From Chiloscyllium plagiosum (Eukaryota): DNA of 64,000 nt. The notes beneath the pieces are model-generated. The model did no database searches and was not told where the DNA came from. It saw only the letters and a program-made list of their open reading frames with translations. Location of the stretch: assembly GCF_004010195.1 (NCBI RefSeq), contig NC_057726.1, forward strand, positions 57,500,327 through 57,564,326, written 5' to 3'. The translations under genes were made by a program, and so were the position numbers. Shown here piece after piece: positions 62,710 to 64,000 of this stretch (position 1 is its first letter; each line of letters opens with the position of its first letter).

Positions 62710-63802
62710 AACAAAAACTTCCAGCTCGGCGAACAGAACCACAGCAACGAGCACCCGAACTACAAATCTTCTCACAAACTTTGCTGGAAAAGATATCGTA
62801 ATTGTGGATGCCTTATTCCAAGTGTGAAGTGATTGTTTAGGAAATGCTACGATTCTAGATGGTTGTATAAGGGATATATATAAAAACCCTCAAAGATTTG
62901 TACAGTGTTTCCTTCAATTTGATGCTATTCTTAAAGTATTGTTCAGGTCTGGATAATATATTCATCTCAAAGTCTTTCTTTCTCACTAGGATAAATCTTT
63001 GCTTAGAATTATTACATTATCACTTTGAAAGTCTGACACTTGATCTCGACTGTCATATTTTACTCTCATTTCCCAGTTCATTTGAAGCAGTTCTGCCTCC
63101 ATGTCCTTGTAATTACTTTCATTTAGGTTTAAATAATTAGTTTTAGGCCCTCATGTCACAACTTCAAACTGAGCTGAAATTCTATCGTTTACAGTTGCTG
63201 TCACCTAGAAAATCCTTTACTATGAAGTTATTGATGAATCCTGTTTCATTCCACATTCCCATTAGTCTCTGCAGTTGCTAACAGTCTTCCCAGATGTTTC
63301 CTGAAGGTGGGAATGTGTTGATCTGCAGATCTGGCATTAATATTACAGAATTTCTTCAAATTTGCTCCCAAGGGACCAGGAAATTCCCACGCATGGAGTT
63401 GGCCACCATTTCCTTGCTGGAAAGCATGGGCTTCAGCTTCAGCACGAAGCCTTGTAATTGCCAATAGACCAGATCTTCCTTCCAGATACGCGACCAAACA
63501 TTGGAATGGGACATCTCCCTCCTTGGAGGTGGCCACCTGCTGGAAAGGATGGGGTTTAGCAAAAAGCCTTGGATCAAGTTGAAGCCAGGCAGCTTCTTTC
63601 TCTTTGACAGTGAGCCCAGACTTTCTGGTTGGCCTATTAATGTACTAAGCATTTCTGTTTGTTTATGGATCAGAGTTTTCCTGTACACTCTACACTGAAG
63701 TCTCCACCTGAGAATCCTGCAGCTGGAGCCATCTGTAACTACATCCTCCTTGGAGCTGGGGCATACAATCCTATCCCATTGAGCCTGGCTGTACCCTTCT
63801 TG

Positions 63803-63903
63803 ATGATGATGATGAAGGGCTTTTGCCCAAAATGTCGATTTTCCTGCTCCGCGGATGCTGCCTGACCTGCTGTGCTTTTCCAGCACCACACTGATCTAAA
63901 ACA
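63803..63903 (+). mobile_element. Penelope-like end with 14-bp TSD
   Basis: ctgtacccttcttg at 63789-63802 and 63904-63917; hammerhead core degenerate. Confidence 0.65.
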
Positions 63904-64000
63904 CTGTACCCTTCTTGTGTCTGGTCACTCTCTACATACAGATGCTCCTTTATGAGACCATCTATAGAATGTGCAGTGTCAGTTTCTGAGCTTGCTGCTG

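Noticed and set aside
63246-63790. Minus-strand ORFs of 96 and 177 aa
   Set aside because: No recognisable motif; partly built from a repeat insertion; probably old TE debris

Overview
Repeat-dense vertebrate genomic DNA with four N-gaps. HE1/V-SINE-type tRNA-derived SINEs, abundant CR1 LINEs and SacSINE1/DeuSINE-like remnants point to a cartilaginous fish, most likely a shark (inference). The main gene is missed by the ORF track because it is spliced. It is a six-coding-exon minus-strand gene (47339->31226, 1023 nt, 340 aa) with GT-AG introns and matching phases. It encodes a leader, an NKp30-like V domain with a germline-joined J-like G-x-G strand, a C1-like Ig domain, an uncharged TM helix and a tyrosine/proline-motif tail, i.e. 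a non-rearranging antigen-receptor-like VJ-C1 receptor. A two-exon RBR (IBR/RING2-like) E3 ligase pseudogene lies on the plus strand at 12774-15650. Short Penelope-like insertions recur across the window, often as inverted-repeat hairpins with 12-17 bp TSDs, and carry three families of minimal type I hammerhead ribozyme motifs. Other structure includes a local duplication with a microhomology-bounded inversion, an ~85 bp TSD, a possible ~4.7 kb composite insertion bounded by inverted Penelope arms, Gypsy and Tx1 remnants, and a near full-length decayed CR1. TE boundaries are approximate; exon boundaries were read base by base.
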